Source of the DNA: an uncultured Nitrospiraceae bacterium
Lineage (GTDB): Bacteria > Nitrospirota > Thermodesulfovibrionia > Thermodesulfovibrionales > SM23-35
DNA: 64,000 nt
NCBI GenBank assembly: GCA_963727775.1
Contig: CAVSHB010000004.1
Location: 192,001 to 256,000 of the forward strand
Reading direction: 5' to 3'
Shown here: one piece after another, positions 8,002 to 18,435 of the stretch
Layout of the letters: every line of letters begins with the position of its first letter
Numbering within the stretch: the first letter of the stretch is position 1
Notes under the pieces: generated by a model
What the model was told of the DNA's origin: nothing
Seen by the model: only the letters and a program-made list of their open reading frames with translations
Database searches by the model: none
Made by a program: the position numbers and the translations under genes

Positions 8002-10201
8002 CTATAGTATCGGCTCCATCTCAAGCGCCGGATGTCCGACACCTGCAAGGAACTCGAGTAATTTCTCGGAATCTTCACAGATAGTTTCATCCGCTATCTT
8101 GTCAAAGAGATCGGGAATACCTTCCTCCGCCGACCTCTGTGCTAAAGTCTCTTTCAGACTCTCTTTCAGGTTTTTAGTCATCCAGACAATCCGCTTAATC
8201 CCACCGTCCCCGGCAAGAAATTTTTTGCTGATTATGAAATTCCTGCCGATCCCCATGAAGCCGGGGTTCTGCGTGCCGCCGCCGACGGTCCCTGCCAACG
8301 AGGAGAATTTCATCCCTATCGGCGTCATACCGGTATGTCCGCGCTGGACGATCATGATGCCGTTCGCCTCGGGAATGATCGCAACTATACACTCGAAGCA
8401 TCCGCAGGAAGTCATGGGGTTTTCCATAATAGTGTAAAGATTCAGACGTCTCGACGGCTCCGCCCGACGCCTTCTTCAGATAATCATCGATGCCGGTATA
8501 TCTGCCGAATCTTGCATCAATAAGGTCTCCCTTTGGAATAGGCTGGTTTCCGCCTGTCGGGTCTATCTCGAATGCGGCTTTGCAGTCAAGCCAGTTGTAC
8601 GCTCCGCAGAGACCGAGCCTTTCAGGGCTGATGACACAGACATGGGAAGGAGCAAAAGACTGACAGAGAAGGCATGAATAGAAGGTGTCCACTGCTTCAT
8701 CAACCAATCCACCGAGTCTCTGGTCACGCTCTTTGTATGAGCTCCTCGCTTCTTCCTGGACCCTTAATACATCTTCCTCTTCTGTATAAATCGTCACCTG
8801 TACTTTATCCACAATAGACTTGAACCTGTGGTGGGTCATAGTAGCGTTGATTATCCCGAGATGCTCAAGTGTAAACCCTTCTTTCTTTGCATTGTGGTTG
8901 ATCCTTATCCAGTTGATATCACGCTGGCCCATGTGCCATATACCCTGGGCCTCATTAATATTGTGATGGATTTTTCTTTCTATAACAGACTCAAAATCCT
9001 TCTGCATCTTTCTGCCTGCCACGTCTATAACAATGGCGAGCGGCATCTTTCCGCCCTGCTCATATTTTTCCTGCCAGTTATTTCCGACAATACTTATCTT
9101 GCCGTCTTCTATCTCTTCCATTTCCCTCATCCTCACCCATTCAAATGAAGGAGTGCGCGCCCCGCCGAACTCGATAAACATATCTTCTTTCCGGATTCTC
9201 TCGCCCTCAAACGCGGGACCGTATGAAACGGGGATTGGAGGCTTTTCGACAGTAATCTTTAACCCCCTTACTTCGATCGCTTTCTGAACAATCTTATTAT
9301 GGTCGAACTCTTTTTCAACCTCTTCATAGATACAAACGCCGGAAGGATGAATAACAGGGATATCAGTATCACAGATCGCGGGGTACCCCATATTTATTGC
9401 GCCCGCTCCGGTAGTCCACTTGATCTCATCCAACTCGCCGAGCACAAGTGCGAAGGCAAAGACCCTGTCCTTCGTGTATTTGAGATGGGCATTGAAATCG
9501 CCGGGCTTTTTTCCTCCAAAGATCAAAGATGCCCTCACAGACCAGCCCAATGGGTATATGGTGTGTTCCGTGTCGGGTCCCACGGGGACTATCCTCGTGT
9601 CCCAGCCGAGTTCGATCCCTTTTCTGAGAAGCTGTTTCGTAACGCTGTTGCCGTTCGTATGGCCCGAAAGGAAGGTAAGGATGTTCTTTTCCTGAAGCTC
9701 CCGCACAATCTTTACTGCGGTATCATCGTCAGGGGCTGCACCAATGATTGCAGCAAAACCGGGCATTGTCCCGTCAACCAGCTGTATTCCCAAACTTCTT
9801 TGGATGGTGTCGGTAATAAAACCATTATATACATACCCTGTTTCCAGGTCCACTGCAGGCTCAAGGCCGTTGATGTATCTTACGGCCATGATTATCTCTT
9901 CAGCAAACATCGTTGCCATACCGGAATCAAGCGCTTCGCCTAAATAAGGTTTCCATAGGTGCTCCTCAGGCTCCGCATGAAGCAATTCCTTTGCCATCCC
10001 CAGCGCAACCTTCATATCCGAGAGGGTCTTCACGGAAAAGCCGGTCATGGCATATATCATGGGGAGATAATACGCAGTATCGGGAAACTCGAAATTAAAA
10101 TCTCCGCCTCTCTCAGTAATAGCCTTTTCAAGCGTCTCCTCGGCATGATTTACCAGTTTGTGCGCCCCTTTGATGGCTGCTGAGGCTATTAACTTGGACA
10201 T
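8002..10201 (-). CDS. acsB: Acetyl-CoA synthase (CODH/ACS ACS subunit), split by a +1 frameshift near 8446
   Basis: ORF 8195..10201 has FPDTAYYLP, SCLLCQSFAP, GLCGAYNWLDC. ORF 8002..8427 has PMTSCGCFEC and GGGTQNPGFMG. Removing one base at 8446 joins them as ...VETLNLYTIMENPMTSCGCFEC. Confidence 0.93.
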
Positions 10202-10282
10202 TCCTACCTCCTCTTTATTCCAGATAATATTTTTCTATATATTATAATATATTTAACATAATAACTTGCTTTAACTATCCAT

Positions 10283-11626
10283 TTATGCCGTCCGTGATTT
10301 TAAGAATGCGGGCAGACCGTTTGCCTCTCGCGGCCCGACGGTAATCTTCCAGCCTTCGAGTTTGTCCTCTATCGCGCCGCTTAGTATCGCTACATAGCCG
10401 GGAATAATAAGCTCCCTGTGTTTTATGTTGCCCTCTACTCCGCTTTCTTTGATGAACTGCGCGATTTTTGATGCCGTGAATTTACCCGCCGCCCATGCCG
10501 TAAGCACCGAGAGACCTTCGCAATCCATCACAGCGAGATAACCCGGCACTCTGCTGTTTTCGAGCTCGCCGGATACGATAAAATACGTGAGCGAGAAATT
10601 TGTCGTAATGAACAACGGAGAATCGGATGTCGGCTCGCCGACTTTGTAGACCTTTTGCTCGACCTGCATCGGTACCTGCGGGTCAGTGTAGATGTTCTGC
10701 CTTAGCGTGAAAAGGGCAAGGTTCTTCCATTTTTCGATGCTGCTCAAAACAACTATGGAAGAATATTTTGCCACTGCGACTGACGCCACGAGTGTTTCCA
10801 CAAGGCTGTCTTCCCTCTGCGCAAAAGTTATCACCGGATAGCCGAGCGGCTTAAAGTTCTTCTTTACCGCAGACCTTCTGATTAATGTGTTATGCTCCAG
10901 GATTTCCTTTGCCTTTCTTGCTCCGGAGTCTATGACCATATCTTCTACCCCGAGGGACTTTACCTTTTCCGTAAGATTAACAAGTTCGTCGAGGCCGTTC
11001 GCTGTAACGCCGAGTGTCGCTTTGTATGTTTTTGCAAGGTTGCCCATAAGGTCTATATTCGCCGTATTCGCTCCGTAAATAACCGGCTTCTTTTCAGAAA
11101 ACAATTTTACCGCGGCCTCGGCAGCCTGAGGATTATCGGTACAGATGATCACCGGCACTCCAGGCGCATTTGATGAAATAATCCCGGCGGCTGATTCGAA
11201 CTTGCCGGCGTCACCCGAAGCATTGACCAATGCTATTGAATCAATCCTGAGCTTTTGACCTACCCTGTCTATCTCAGAGTTAAGAATTTCTTCGACCTTG
11301 TCCTTTATATCAGGCTCCGACAAAGTATCCTTAATCTCCATTGCAAAAACGCACGGATTAACAAACCTTTTGTCATGCCGGAAAAGCACCGTCTCTTCTC
11401 CCATCTTGACGGCTTTTTCGCCCGTGCCGATCGTAATAGGTCTCACGGGCGGAGCGGATGCCGCACCCAGTTTCTGTTTCGCGTCCTCTGAAACGTCCGG
11501 ACATGATTCCAGGGAAGCCTGTCTCTGCGCAAGTTTCATTGCAAAGGCAAGGCATGTTGGGAAACCGCATTTTTTACAATTTGTTTTCGGCAGAAGCTTA
11601 AAAATCTCAACACCGGTTAAAGCCAT
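10283..11626 (-). CDS. acsC: Corrinoid iron-sulfur protein large subunit
   Basis: LPKTNCKKCGFPTCLAFA Fe-S domain; LRQNIYTDPQ, TTNFSLTYF, GLSVLTAWAAGKF, VGPREA. Confidence 0.95.
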   Translation of the reverse strand: MALTGVEIFKLLPKTNCKKCGFPTCLAFAMKLAQRQASLESCPDVSEDAKQKLGAASAPPVRPITIGTGEKAVKMGEETVLFRHDKRFVNPCVFAMEIKDTLSEPDIKDKVEEILNSEIDRVGQKLRIDSIALVNASGDAGKFESAAGIISSNAPGVPVIICTDNPQAAEAAVKLFSEKKPVIYGANTANIDLMGNLAKTYKATLGVTANGLDELVNLTEKVKSLGVEDMVIDSGARKAKEILEHNTLIRRSAVKKNFKPLGYPVITFAQREDSLVETLVASVAVAKYSSIVVLSSIEKWKNLALFTLRQNIYTDPQVPMQVEQKVYKVGEPTSDSPLFITTNFSLTYFIVSGELENSRVPGYLAVMDCEGLSVLTAWAAGKFTASKIAQFIKESGVEGNIKHRELIIPGYVAILSGAIEDKLEGWKITVGPREANGLPAFLKSRTA

Positions 11627-11719
11627 AGTAACCCTCCAGACAATATTAGATAAACTTCAAAGGCAAAGGCAAAGAAAAACTATTTCGTGTCTAAACCTTT
11701 ACCTGGAACTTTATCCTTG

Positions 11720-12662
11720 CTATGTTAATTCCTCAATCACTTTCCCTACTGCCTCAATAGCCTTCGGATGTCTCATGATAAGAATCTCAGCACCGGCAAT
11801 CAGGAGGGAGATGGCAGTAACAGCCTCCCAGGCAACGCTTCTTTCACTCTACACCGCCCCATTGCGGAACATCAGTCTCTTTGGCCTGCGTCTCCTTAAC
11901 TTTCCATACATACATCCCTACATCTCCCAACAGAGGCTGCTGCATCGTGGCATCATTCTGGGCAAGCGCGGCAAGTCTTATCCTCTCCATGACGGAATAA
12001 GTATATTCAAGACCATACCCGAGGGCGGAACACATAGGGTCTGTAATGATCCTCTCCTTCTCAAAGCCCATCTGGGAGATGAGAATGTTCAACTGCTTCG
12101 AGAGATTGATATCAAGCTCCGACATTGCAATCAGTTTATGGTTATTCGCCATTGCGGCTGCCGCAATGGTCTTGTAATTGGCCTCCTGCGCCTTGCCGAT
12201 TATACAATTCCGGTCTTTCGCGGCTTCAGCAGCAGCGACCAGGACAGATGCGTCCTTCTCGGTATGGTTGCTGCCGAGTATGATTAAAGGCACATCTATC
12301 GAAGAAAGAACATCTTTGACAATCTTTGCAGCCTCTTCAGGGGAGCGGTTTTCCCTGTCAGGATGAGTACCCATAAGCCTGAGAGCAATCGCCTCAGCCT
12401 TTAAGGTATCCTTGCAGAACTTTGCCCACGTTACCGGATCATTCGAGACATCATTATAGGGTTTCTGTACTTCTTCGGGCCAATCATTAGGCGGAACATC
12501 CTGTATTTCATAAGCTATTACCGGCTTGTTCTGTGACGCTCCTTCAAAGGCATGAAAAGGAAGTACGTTTTCGCCTCCAAAGGTAACTTCTTTGGCGCCG
12601 GTGCCGATGCTTACAGAATAAATCTTACCCGGATACGTCTCTTTCGGCGGTACAAATGCCAT
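11720..12662 (-). CDS. acsD: Corrinoid iron-sulfur protein small subunit, +1 frameshift near 11846
   Basis: DINLSKQLN, ALGYGLEYTYSVMERIRLAAL. After removing base 11846 the frame continues EERSVAWEAVTAISLLIAGAEILIMRHPKAI to TAG at 11720-11722. Confidence 0.92.
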
Positions 12663-12713
12663 GTCTTATCCTCCTTGCTGTAAAAGGGTCCGAAAGGCCT
12701 TGAACCCTAAATT

Positions 12714-13496
12714 TCACAGTTCCATATATGAATGCGCATAAAGTGTTCTACCCATTATCACATCAATAGTCTTGACAGTCGGCACAACTTCATGCGGATC
12801 CGCTATAGCCGCAGTCAACCCCTCATATATCAACAGAGAAAGATAATAATTGTTCAGTACTGGTCTCAACTGCTTCGGACATCCGTTCGATATATTGCTG
12901 AGGCCCACAACGGTCTTCATTGGCGGATCATTCAGTTCCTGGAACATCTTCACTGCCTTTATGACCTTTAACGCATGGTCTTGAGAAGTGGCTACCTGAA
13001 GGACCAATGGATCAAGATATAAGTCTTCCAGCGGGACTCCGGATTCCCCAGCCCTTGCCATAATCTCCGCCGCAATGGCCGCCCTTTCTTCGGCGTCTGC
13101 TGGCAATCCCCCCCTACCGACTGTAAGACCGATTATCTGAGAATTATATTTTGCCGCAAGCTCAAGAATTGCAAATCTGTCGGGATCATTTGATGTAGAA
13201 TTTATCAAAGGTCTTCCCCATTGGTTGTTATGGACTTTGAGGCCCGCCTCAATTGCGCTGTAGTTTGTTGTATCAAGGCATACAGGCAAGGGGACCACCT
13301 CCTGTATCGATGTTACCATCCATTGCATTAGGTCCTCACCGCCATCCTCCGCAGGTCCGATATTGGCGTCTATCATTCCTGCGCCTGCTTTCCATTGGGC
13401 AACTGCGATTTCCTGCACAGGGCCTTTGTCCTTTTTCATCATCGCTTCTCTGACCCTCTTTGCTATTATGCTCAGCTTTTCACCGATAATTAACAT
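12714..13496 (-). CDS. acsE: Methyltetrahydrofolate:corrinoid Fe-S protein methyltransferase
   Basis: Pterin-binding TIM barrel motifs (MLIIGE, LDTTN, LINS, DPLVL, VGLSNISNGCP); operon context. Confidence 0.9.
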   Translation of the reverse strand: MLIIGEKLSIIAKRVREAMMKKDKGPVQEIAVAQWKAGAGMIDANIGPAEDGGEDLMQWMVTSIQEVVPLPVCLDTTNYSAIEAGLKVHNNQWGRPLINSTSNDPDRFAILELAAKYNSQIIGLTVGRGGLPADAEERAAIAAEIMARAGESGVPLEDLYLDPLVLQVATSQDHALKVIKAVKMFQELNDPPMKTVVGLSNISNGCPKQLRPVLNNYYLSLLIYEGLTAAIADPHEVVPTVKTIDVIMGRTLYAHSYMEL

Positions 13497-13524
13497 TCGC
13501 TTATAACTCCTTTCTGACTATAAA

Positions 13525-13557
13525 GGGCGATTCGTTTTATAATTTTCAGAATCGCCC
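13525..13557 (-). promoter_or_regulatory. Hairpin in the acs operon 5' leader just upstream of the acsE SD
   Basis: GGGCGATTC (13525-13533) / GAATCGCCC (13549-13557) 9-bp perfect stem, followed on the minus strand by TTT and then AAAGGAG. Confidence 0.35.
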
Positions 13558-13718
13558 CGCTATTATATTATTATGATAAAAGCGACCGCCTTTTCCCCTG
13601 AGATTTTCGCCCATAGGAATATGATTATTGAAAACAATAACATAAATTTATTTTTCAGGTAAAGATTATTCTAAATCAAATGCTAAAATTTTTAATTGTT
13701 GCCTTGCTCAAAAAACAC

Positions 13719-13791
13719 TTGATTTTTAGAAATATAAGGTATAAAATTTTCGTTAATTAAGGTTGACAAAGTTTTCGCGTTATACTATCTT
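13719..13791 (+). promoter_or_regulatory. Candidate tandem sigma70 promoters for the lipoprotein / rimP region
   Basis: TTGATT-17-TAAAAT (13719-13747) and TTGACA-17-TATCTT (13763-13791). Confidence 0.45.
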
Positions 13792-13836
13792 TTTAAGATT
13801 AGTAAAGATTTACTAAGGGAGGGAGGTGAGAATTTA

Positions 13837-14031
13837 ATGAAGAAGATTTTAGCGTTAGTATTATCATTAATGTTATTGGTGGCATTTACCGTTGGCTGCA
13901 AACCGGCTGAAACACCAAAGCCAGAGGCGCCAAAACCGGCTGCTGAAGCTCCGGCCCCAGCACCGGCACCAGAGAAACCAGCTGAAGCTCCGGCACAGGC
14001 ACCAGCGCCAGAGAAACCGGCGAGCAAGTAG
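13837..14031 (+). CDS. Small Pro/Ala/Glu/Lys-rich lipoprotein
   Basis: GGAGGTGA SD; signal peptide ending in lipobox FTVG-C; low-complexity PAAEAPAPAPAPEK repeats. Confidence 0.8.
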   Translation: MKKILALVLSLMLLVAFTVGCKPAETPKPEAPKPAAEAPAPAPAPEKPAEAPAQAPAPEKPASK

Positions 14032-14042
14032 GATTTTATATT

Positions 14043-14087
14043 TTCAGGGGATAGGTTCATGTAACTTATCCCCTGAATTTGCTTTTT
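14043..14087 (+). terminator. Rho-independent terminator
   Basis: TTCAGGGGATA/TATCCCCTGAA stem followed by TTTGCTTTTT. Confidence 0.7.
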
Positions 14088-14137
14088 GCGGTCGGTAACT
14101 GGTATATTTTCTTGAACAATCCTGTAGTTTTAATTCG

Positions 14138-14167
14138 AAGAGTGGGTAGTCCCACTCTTTTGTTTTA
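14138..14167 (+). promoter_or_regulatory. rimP-leader hairpin (attenuator-like)
   Basis: AAGAGTGGG-tagt-CCCACTCTT plus U-tract upstream of rimP; this is the conserved leader type found ahead of rimP-nusA operons. Confidence 0.7.
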
Positions 14168-14241
14168 TGGGGTTTTTTTATGCACGATAAAGTGCGCTAC
14201 CTTTAAGGTAAAGCCTTAATGGAGTTGTCTTAGCATAGATT

Positions 14242-14697
14242 ATGAACGGTGATATTAAACAGAAGGTTTTGGATTTGGCGAACGATGTCGCTGAAGGACA
14301 AGGTCTGCAAATCTTTGACATCGAATTATTAGGAAGGGGCAGGATATTGCTCAGGGTTATTATTGACAGAGAAAGCGGGGTTACTCTCGATGACTGTGAA
14401 AGGTTCAGTAAAGCCTTCGGGGCTGCGCTTGACGTTGAAAACCCTTTGCCACGCTCATATAACCTTGAGGTTTCTTCGCCGGGACTTGACAGGCCGCTGA
14501 GGAAATTAAAGGATTTTGAAAAGAACATCGGCAAACTCGCACGCATAACAACCGCCGAAAAAATTGAGAACCAGAATTTTCTTATCGGCAGGATAACGGA
14601 AGTCAGTGATGATTCCGTCAGACTTATGATAAAAGAACTTGAAATAAATATACCTTTTGATAAAATTAGCAAAGCAAGACTGGAGATAGAGCTTTAA
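14242..14697 (+). CDS. rimP: Ribosome maturation factor RimP
   Basis: GVTLDDCE..S, YNLEVSSPGLDRPL. Confidence 0.95.
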   Translation: MNGDIKQKVLDLANDVAEGQGLQIFDIELLGRGRILLRVIIDRESGVTLDDCERFSKAFGAALDVENPLPRSYNLEVSSPGLDRPLRKLKDFEKNIGKLARITTAEKIENQNFLIGRITEVSDDSVRLMIKELEINIPFDKISKARLEIEL

Positions 14698-15788
14698 TGG
14701 CAAAAGAACTCTGCTATGTCGTAGACCAGATAAGTAGAGAAAAGGGGATTCCGAGAGAAGTATTGATCGAAACCCTGCGCTCGGCATTGCTTTCTGCAAC
14801 AAGAAAGAAATTCGGGGGACGGACAAACATAGATCTCAAGATTGATCTGAAGACGTGCGACATCTCAGTCTTTGAAACAAAACAAATTGTCTCGGCGGTA
14901 TCGAACAAAGATGAAGAAATATCTATCGATGAAGCCGCGAAGATTTCCCCTGATGCAGTTGAGGGCGGGACTCTGGATATGCCATTGGACCTTCACGATT
15001 TCAGCAGGATTGCCGCACAGACAGCAAAACAGGTTATCTTTCAGAGGGTAAGAGAAGCCGAACGTGATGTTATTTTTAATGAATTTAAAGACAAGATCGG
15101 CCTGATTGTGAGCGGAGTGGTCATGAGAAAAGAAAAAGGGGTATACTTCCTTAACCTCGGCAAGACAGAGGCGATACTTTCTATAAAGGAAACACTTCCT
15201 AATGAGAATCTTAAAAGAGGAGACACTGTAAGGGCATATATAGAAGACGTAAGAATTACGCCCAAAGGGCCTGCGATTATGGTGACAAGATCCAGCCCTA
15301 ATTTTGTTGCCGCCCTGTTCAAAATGGAAGTCCCTGAGATCAACGACGGGCTTGTTATTGTTAAAGATATTGTAAGAGAACCGGGAGAAAGGACAAAACT
15401 CGCGGTGTTTTCCAAAAATCCGGCTATTGACCCGGTCGGCGCGTGCGTAGGGATGAAAGGGACAAGGGTACAGTCAATCGTTCGCGAGCTCAGGGGCGAG
15501 AGAATAGACATCATACCCTGGAGTGACGATCCAAGGCAGCTTGTCGCGAGGGCATTAAGCCCTGCTACAGTCGACAGGATCGGAATCAATGAAGAATCAA
15601 AAACAGCCATGGTAGTTGTAAACGACCAGCAGCTCTCTCTTGCTATCGGCAAAAGAGGCCAGAATGTCAGGCTTGCGATGAAACTCACAGGCTGGGACAT
15701 TGACATACTGAGTGAAACCGAATATTCCAAGATCAGAGTAGAAGAAGCAGAGAAGACATTCTCTCCTCCTCCTTCTTCTGATGGTTAA
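14697..15788 (+). CDS. nusA: Transcription termination/antitermination factor NusA (no C-terminal AR repeats)
   Basis: RIAAQTAKQVI, REPGERTK, DPVGACVGMKGTRV, LSLAIGKRGQNVRLA. Confidence 0.96.
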   Translation: MAKELCYVVDQISREKGIPREVLIETLRSALLSATRKKFGGRTNIDLKIDLKTCDISVFETKQIVSAVSNKDEEISIDEAAKISPDAVEGGTLDMPLDLHDFSRIAAQTAKQVIFQRVREAERDVIFNEFKDKIGLIVSGVVMRKEKGVYFLNLGKTEAILSIKETLPNENLKRGDTVRAYIEDVRITPKGPAIMVTRSSPNFVAALFKMEVPEINDGLVIVKDIVREPGERTKLAVFSKNPAIDPVGACVGMKGTRVQSIVRELRGERIDIIPWSDDPRQLVARALSPATVDRIGINEESKTAMVVVNDQQLSLAIGKRGQNVRLAMKLTGWDIDILSETEYSKIRVEEAEKTFSPPPSSDG

Positions 15789-17871
15789 AGACCTATCAGA
15801 CCTTCAGATCCAATATATTAAAGGTGTAGGTCCCCACAGAGCAGGATTGCTCAACCGCCTCGGAATCAAAACAGTCAAAGACTCCTTATTTTACCTCCCT
15901 TATAGATACGAAGACAGAAGAAGCATCAAAAAAATAAGCGATCTCATTTACGGAAATACAGAGATTGCTGCAGGGAAAGTAGTCTCTGCCGAAGTAATAA
16001 AACTCCGCGGGAAAAACCTGAAATTATTCGAACTCACAATCAATGACGGCAGCGGACTCTTAAAGGGCAAATGGTTCAATCAGCCTTTCATGAAAAGAAA
16101 CTTTAAGGTCGGGCAGGAGGTCCTCCTTTGTGGGGTCGTCAAAAAAAATGCATACAGCGGCATCGGCTGCGAGATGGACAACCCCGATTATGAGATCATG
16201 CGTGACGATGAGGATTCGTTTATCCATATGAACAGGATTGTGCCTGTATACAGAGTGACCAGCGGATTGACCGTAAGACAGATGCGCTCCATCATGTTCA
16301 ATATTATTACCATATACATCAAGGAAGTAAGCGATGCGGTCCCCGAAGAAATCCTAAAGAGGAATGCCATGCCCAGCCTGTCTGAAAGTCTCTCGAACAT
16401 ACACTTCCCGGATGCAAAAACCGACATCGGACTTTTGAACAGCGGCGTAAGCACTTTCCATGAAAGGCTCTCTTTCGATGAGCTTTTTATGCTTGAACTC
16501 GGACTTGCAGTAATAAAGAAAGGGAGCGCGCTCGAAAAAGGGATGTCCTTTAACCCTGAAGGGAGACTCCTGAAAAAGTTTATAAATATGCTTTCATTTA
16601 AACTGACAAAAGCGCAGGAAAGAGTATTCGATGACATATCCGGCGACATGAAAAGGCATTACCCTATGAACAGGCTCATACAGGGCGATGTCGGATGCGG
16701 CAAAACGGTCATAGCGCTCATGGCGATGATAGTCGCAGCAGAAAGCGGATTTCAATCAGCACTGATGGCGCCGACCGAAATCCTAGCCGAGCAGCATTAT
16801 ATAAACATCCGCCGTATCATGGAAGATATCGGGCTGAAGGTATGCCTTTTGACCGCGAGCAAGAAGGAACGGCCTCTCCACGAGATTGCCGCAGGAGAGA
16901 TCGATATGGTTGTAGGTACCCATGCGCTCATCCAGGAAGGCGTAGTATTCAAAAACCTTGGACTCGCGGTAATAGACGAGCAGCACAGGTTCGGTGTAAT
17001 GCAGAGGGCGCTACTCCGCAAAAAGGCGATCAACCCGGATGTACTGGTCATGACAGCCACCCCGATACCAAGGACTTTGGCGCTCACCCTATACGGCGAC
17101 CTTGATTACTCTGTGATTGATGAACTGCCCCCTGACAGGAGGCCTGTGACTACCCTCCTGTTTCACCCCAAACAGAAGGACTCTGTATACGAACTTATCA
17201 GGGAAGAAATAAAAAAGGGAAGACAGGTATATGTTGTTTATCCGCTCATCGAAGAGTCTGAAAAAACCGACCTCAGGTCGGCAACAATAGGTAAAAATGC
17301 CTTTGAGAAGTTTTTCCCTGAATTCAGGGTCGGGCTGATTCACGGTAGGATGAAGGCGCAGGAACGGGAACAGATAATGGCTTCCTTTAAACAGGGGGAT
17401 TTAGACCTACTGGTAAGCACGACCGTCATAGAAGTGGGCGTAGACGTGCCAAACGCTGCGTTGATGATTATAATACATGCTGAGAGGTTCGGACTCTCGC
17501 AGCTCCATCAGTTAAGAGGAAGGATCGGCAGAGGTCCGCACCAATCATATTGTATATTGCTTGCGTATGAGCCCTACAGTCATGAAGCAAGGCGAAGACT
17601 CAATATAATGGTAAAAAGCAGTGACGGTTTCAGGATAGCAGAAGAAGACCTGGCGATAAGGGGACCGGGTGAATTCTTTGGAACCCGTCAGTCAGGCATC
17701 CCGGACCTGAAGATAGCCGATATTGTCAGGGATGCAATTCTACTTAATGAAGCGAGGAAAGAGGCCTTTGACATAATCGACAGAGACCCGGAATTGAAGG
17801 GTCATCCCTCGCTGAAGAAATCCCTTGAGGATTTCTGGAGAGGAAAGATTGAGCTTTATAAGACCGGCTGA
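15781..17871 (+). CDS. recG: ATP-dependent DNA helicase RecG
   Basis: QGDVGCGKT, APTEILAEQH, IDEQHRFG, MTATPIPRTL, QLHQLRGRIGRG, RGPGEFFGTRQSG. Confidence 0.97.
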   Translation: MVKDLSDLQIQYIKGVGPHRAGLLNRLGIKTVKDSLFYLPYRYEDRRSIKKISDLIYGNTEIAAGKVVSAEVIKLRGKNLKLFELTINDGSGLLKGKWFNQPFMKRNFKVGQEVLLCGVVKKNAYSGIGCEMDNPDYEIMRDDEDSFIHMNRIVPVYRVTSGLTVRQMRSIMFNIITIYIKEVSDAVPEEILKRNAMPSLSESLSNIHFPDAKTDIGLLNSGVSTFHERLSFDELFMLELGLAVIKKGSALEKGMSFNPEGRLLKKFINMLSFKLTKAQERVFDDISGDMKRHYPMNRLIQGDVGCGKTVIALMAMIVAAESGFQSALMAPTEILAEQHYINIRRIMEDIGLKVCLLTASKKERPLHEIAAGEIDMVVGTHALIQEGVVFKNLGLAVIDEQHRFGVMQRALLRKKAINPDVLVMTATPIPRTLALTLYGDLDYSVIDELPPDRRPVTTLLFHPKQKDSVYELIREEIKKGRQVYVVYPLIEESEKTDLRSATIGKNAFEKFFPEFRVGLIHGRMKAQEREQIMASFKQGDLDLLVSTTVIEVGVDVPNAALMIIIHAERFGLSQLHQLRGRIGRGPHQSYCILLAYEPYSHEARRRLNIMVKSSDGFRIAEEDLAIRGPGEFFGTRQSGIPDLKIADIVRDAILLNEARKEAFDIIDRDPELKGHPSLKKSLEDFWRGKIELYKTG

Positions 17872-18055
17872 TTTCCAAAGTGAGGACATTTTCATAACAG
17901 TTCCCCCACGTCCTTTAATAACCGCCTTGTGATATAATTTGTTCATGCAAAATGCAATCCGCCATCGCGAGTCGGCGCACGAATCTTACAATGCCGAAGC
18001 AAGGGAAGACTTTGGTAAAAAGATTGAACTTTAATAAGACCGGCTGAAGGATATT

Positions 18056-18376
18056 ATGTTTAGAAAACTGAAAAATAATTTTGACAATGGCATCGAGAAG
18101 ATAAAATGGTTTTCATCACTGTTTTCGGACAGGTTGAAGATCGAAATTTCGGTGATGAAACTGCTTTTCCAATCAGAGCAGATGGAGAAGAAAAGGGACG
18201 AATTAATGAAAACAATCGGCCGGCGTGTCTATGAACTAAAGGAGCATACTGACAGGCTCATACTGAAAGACAGGGTCATCATGGATACCTTCAGCGAAAT
18301 CGAAAAAATAAGTAATGACATAGAAGCAACAAAAAAGAAGGCATCGGAAATCAGTAACATAGAGGGGCAACCATAA
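18056..18376 (+). CDS. Hypothetical coiled-coil protein
   Basis: 106-aa ORF with AAGGA SD, co-oriented with pilD. Confidence 0.7.
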   Translation: MFRKLKNNFDNGIEKIKWFSSLFSDRLKIEISVMKLLFQSEQMEKKRDELMKTIGRRVYELKEHTDRLILKDRVIMDTFSEIEKISNDIEATKKKASEISNIEGQP

Positions 18377-18435
18377 ACAGGGAATAATCCGTTAGCTCAT
18401 TCTCAAGGGTTATTCACTCTCTATAGTTCGTAATA

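Noticed and set aside
11843..11847. TGA in acsD as a selenocysteine codon
   Set aside because: The conserved tail continues in a different frame, so this is a frameshift and not recoding.
676..12400. Numerous + strand ORFs across the acs/nuoF operon
   Set aside because: Antisense shadows of well-supported minus-strand genes.
13900..14025. Short repeats that might suggest a CRISPR or VNTR
   Set aside because: They are codon-level repeats of a Pro/Ala-rich lipoprotein; no constant repeat-spacer period.
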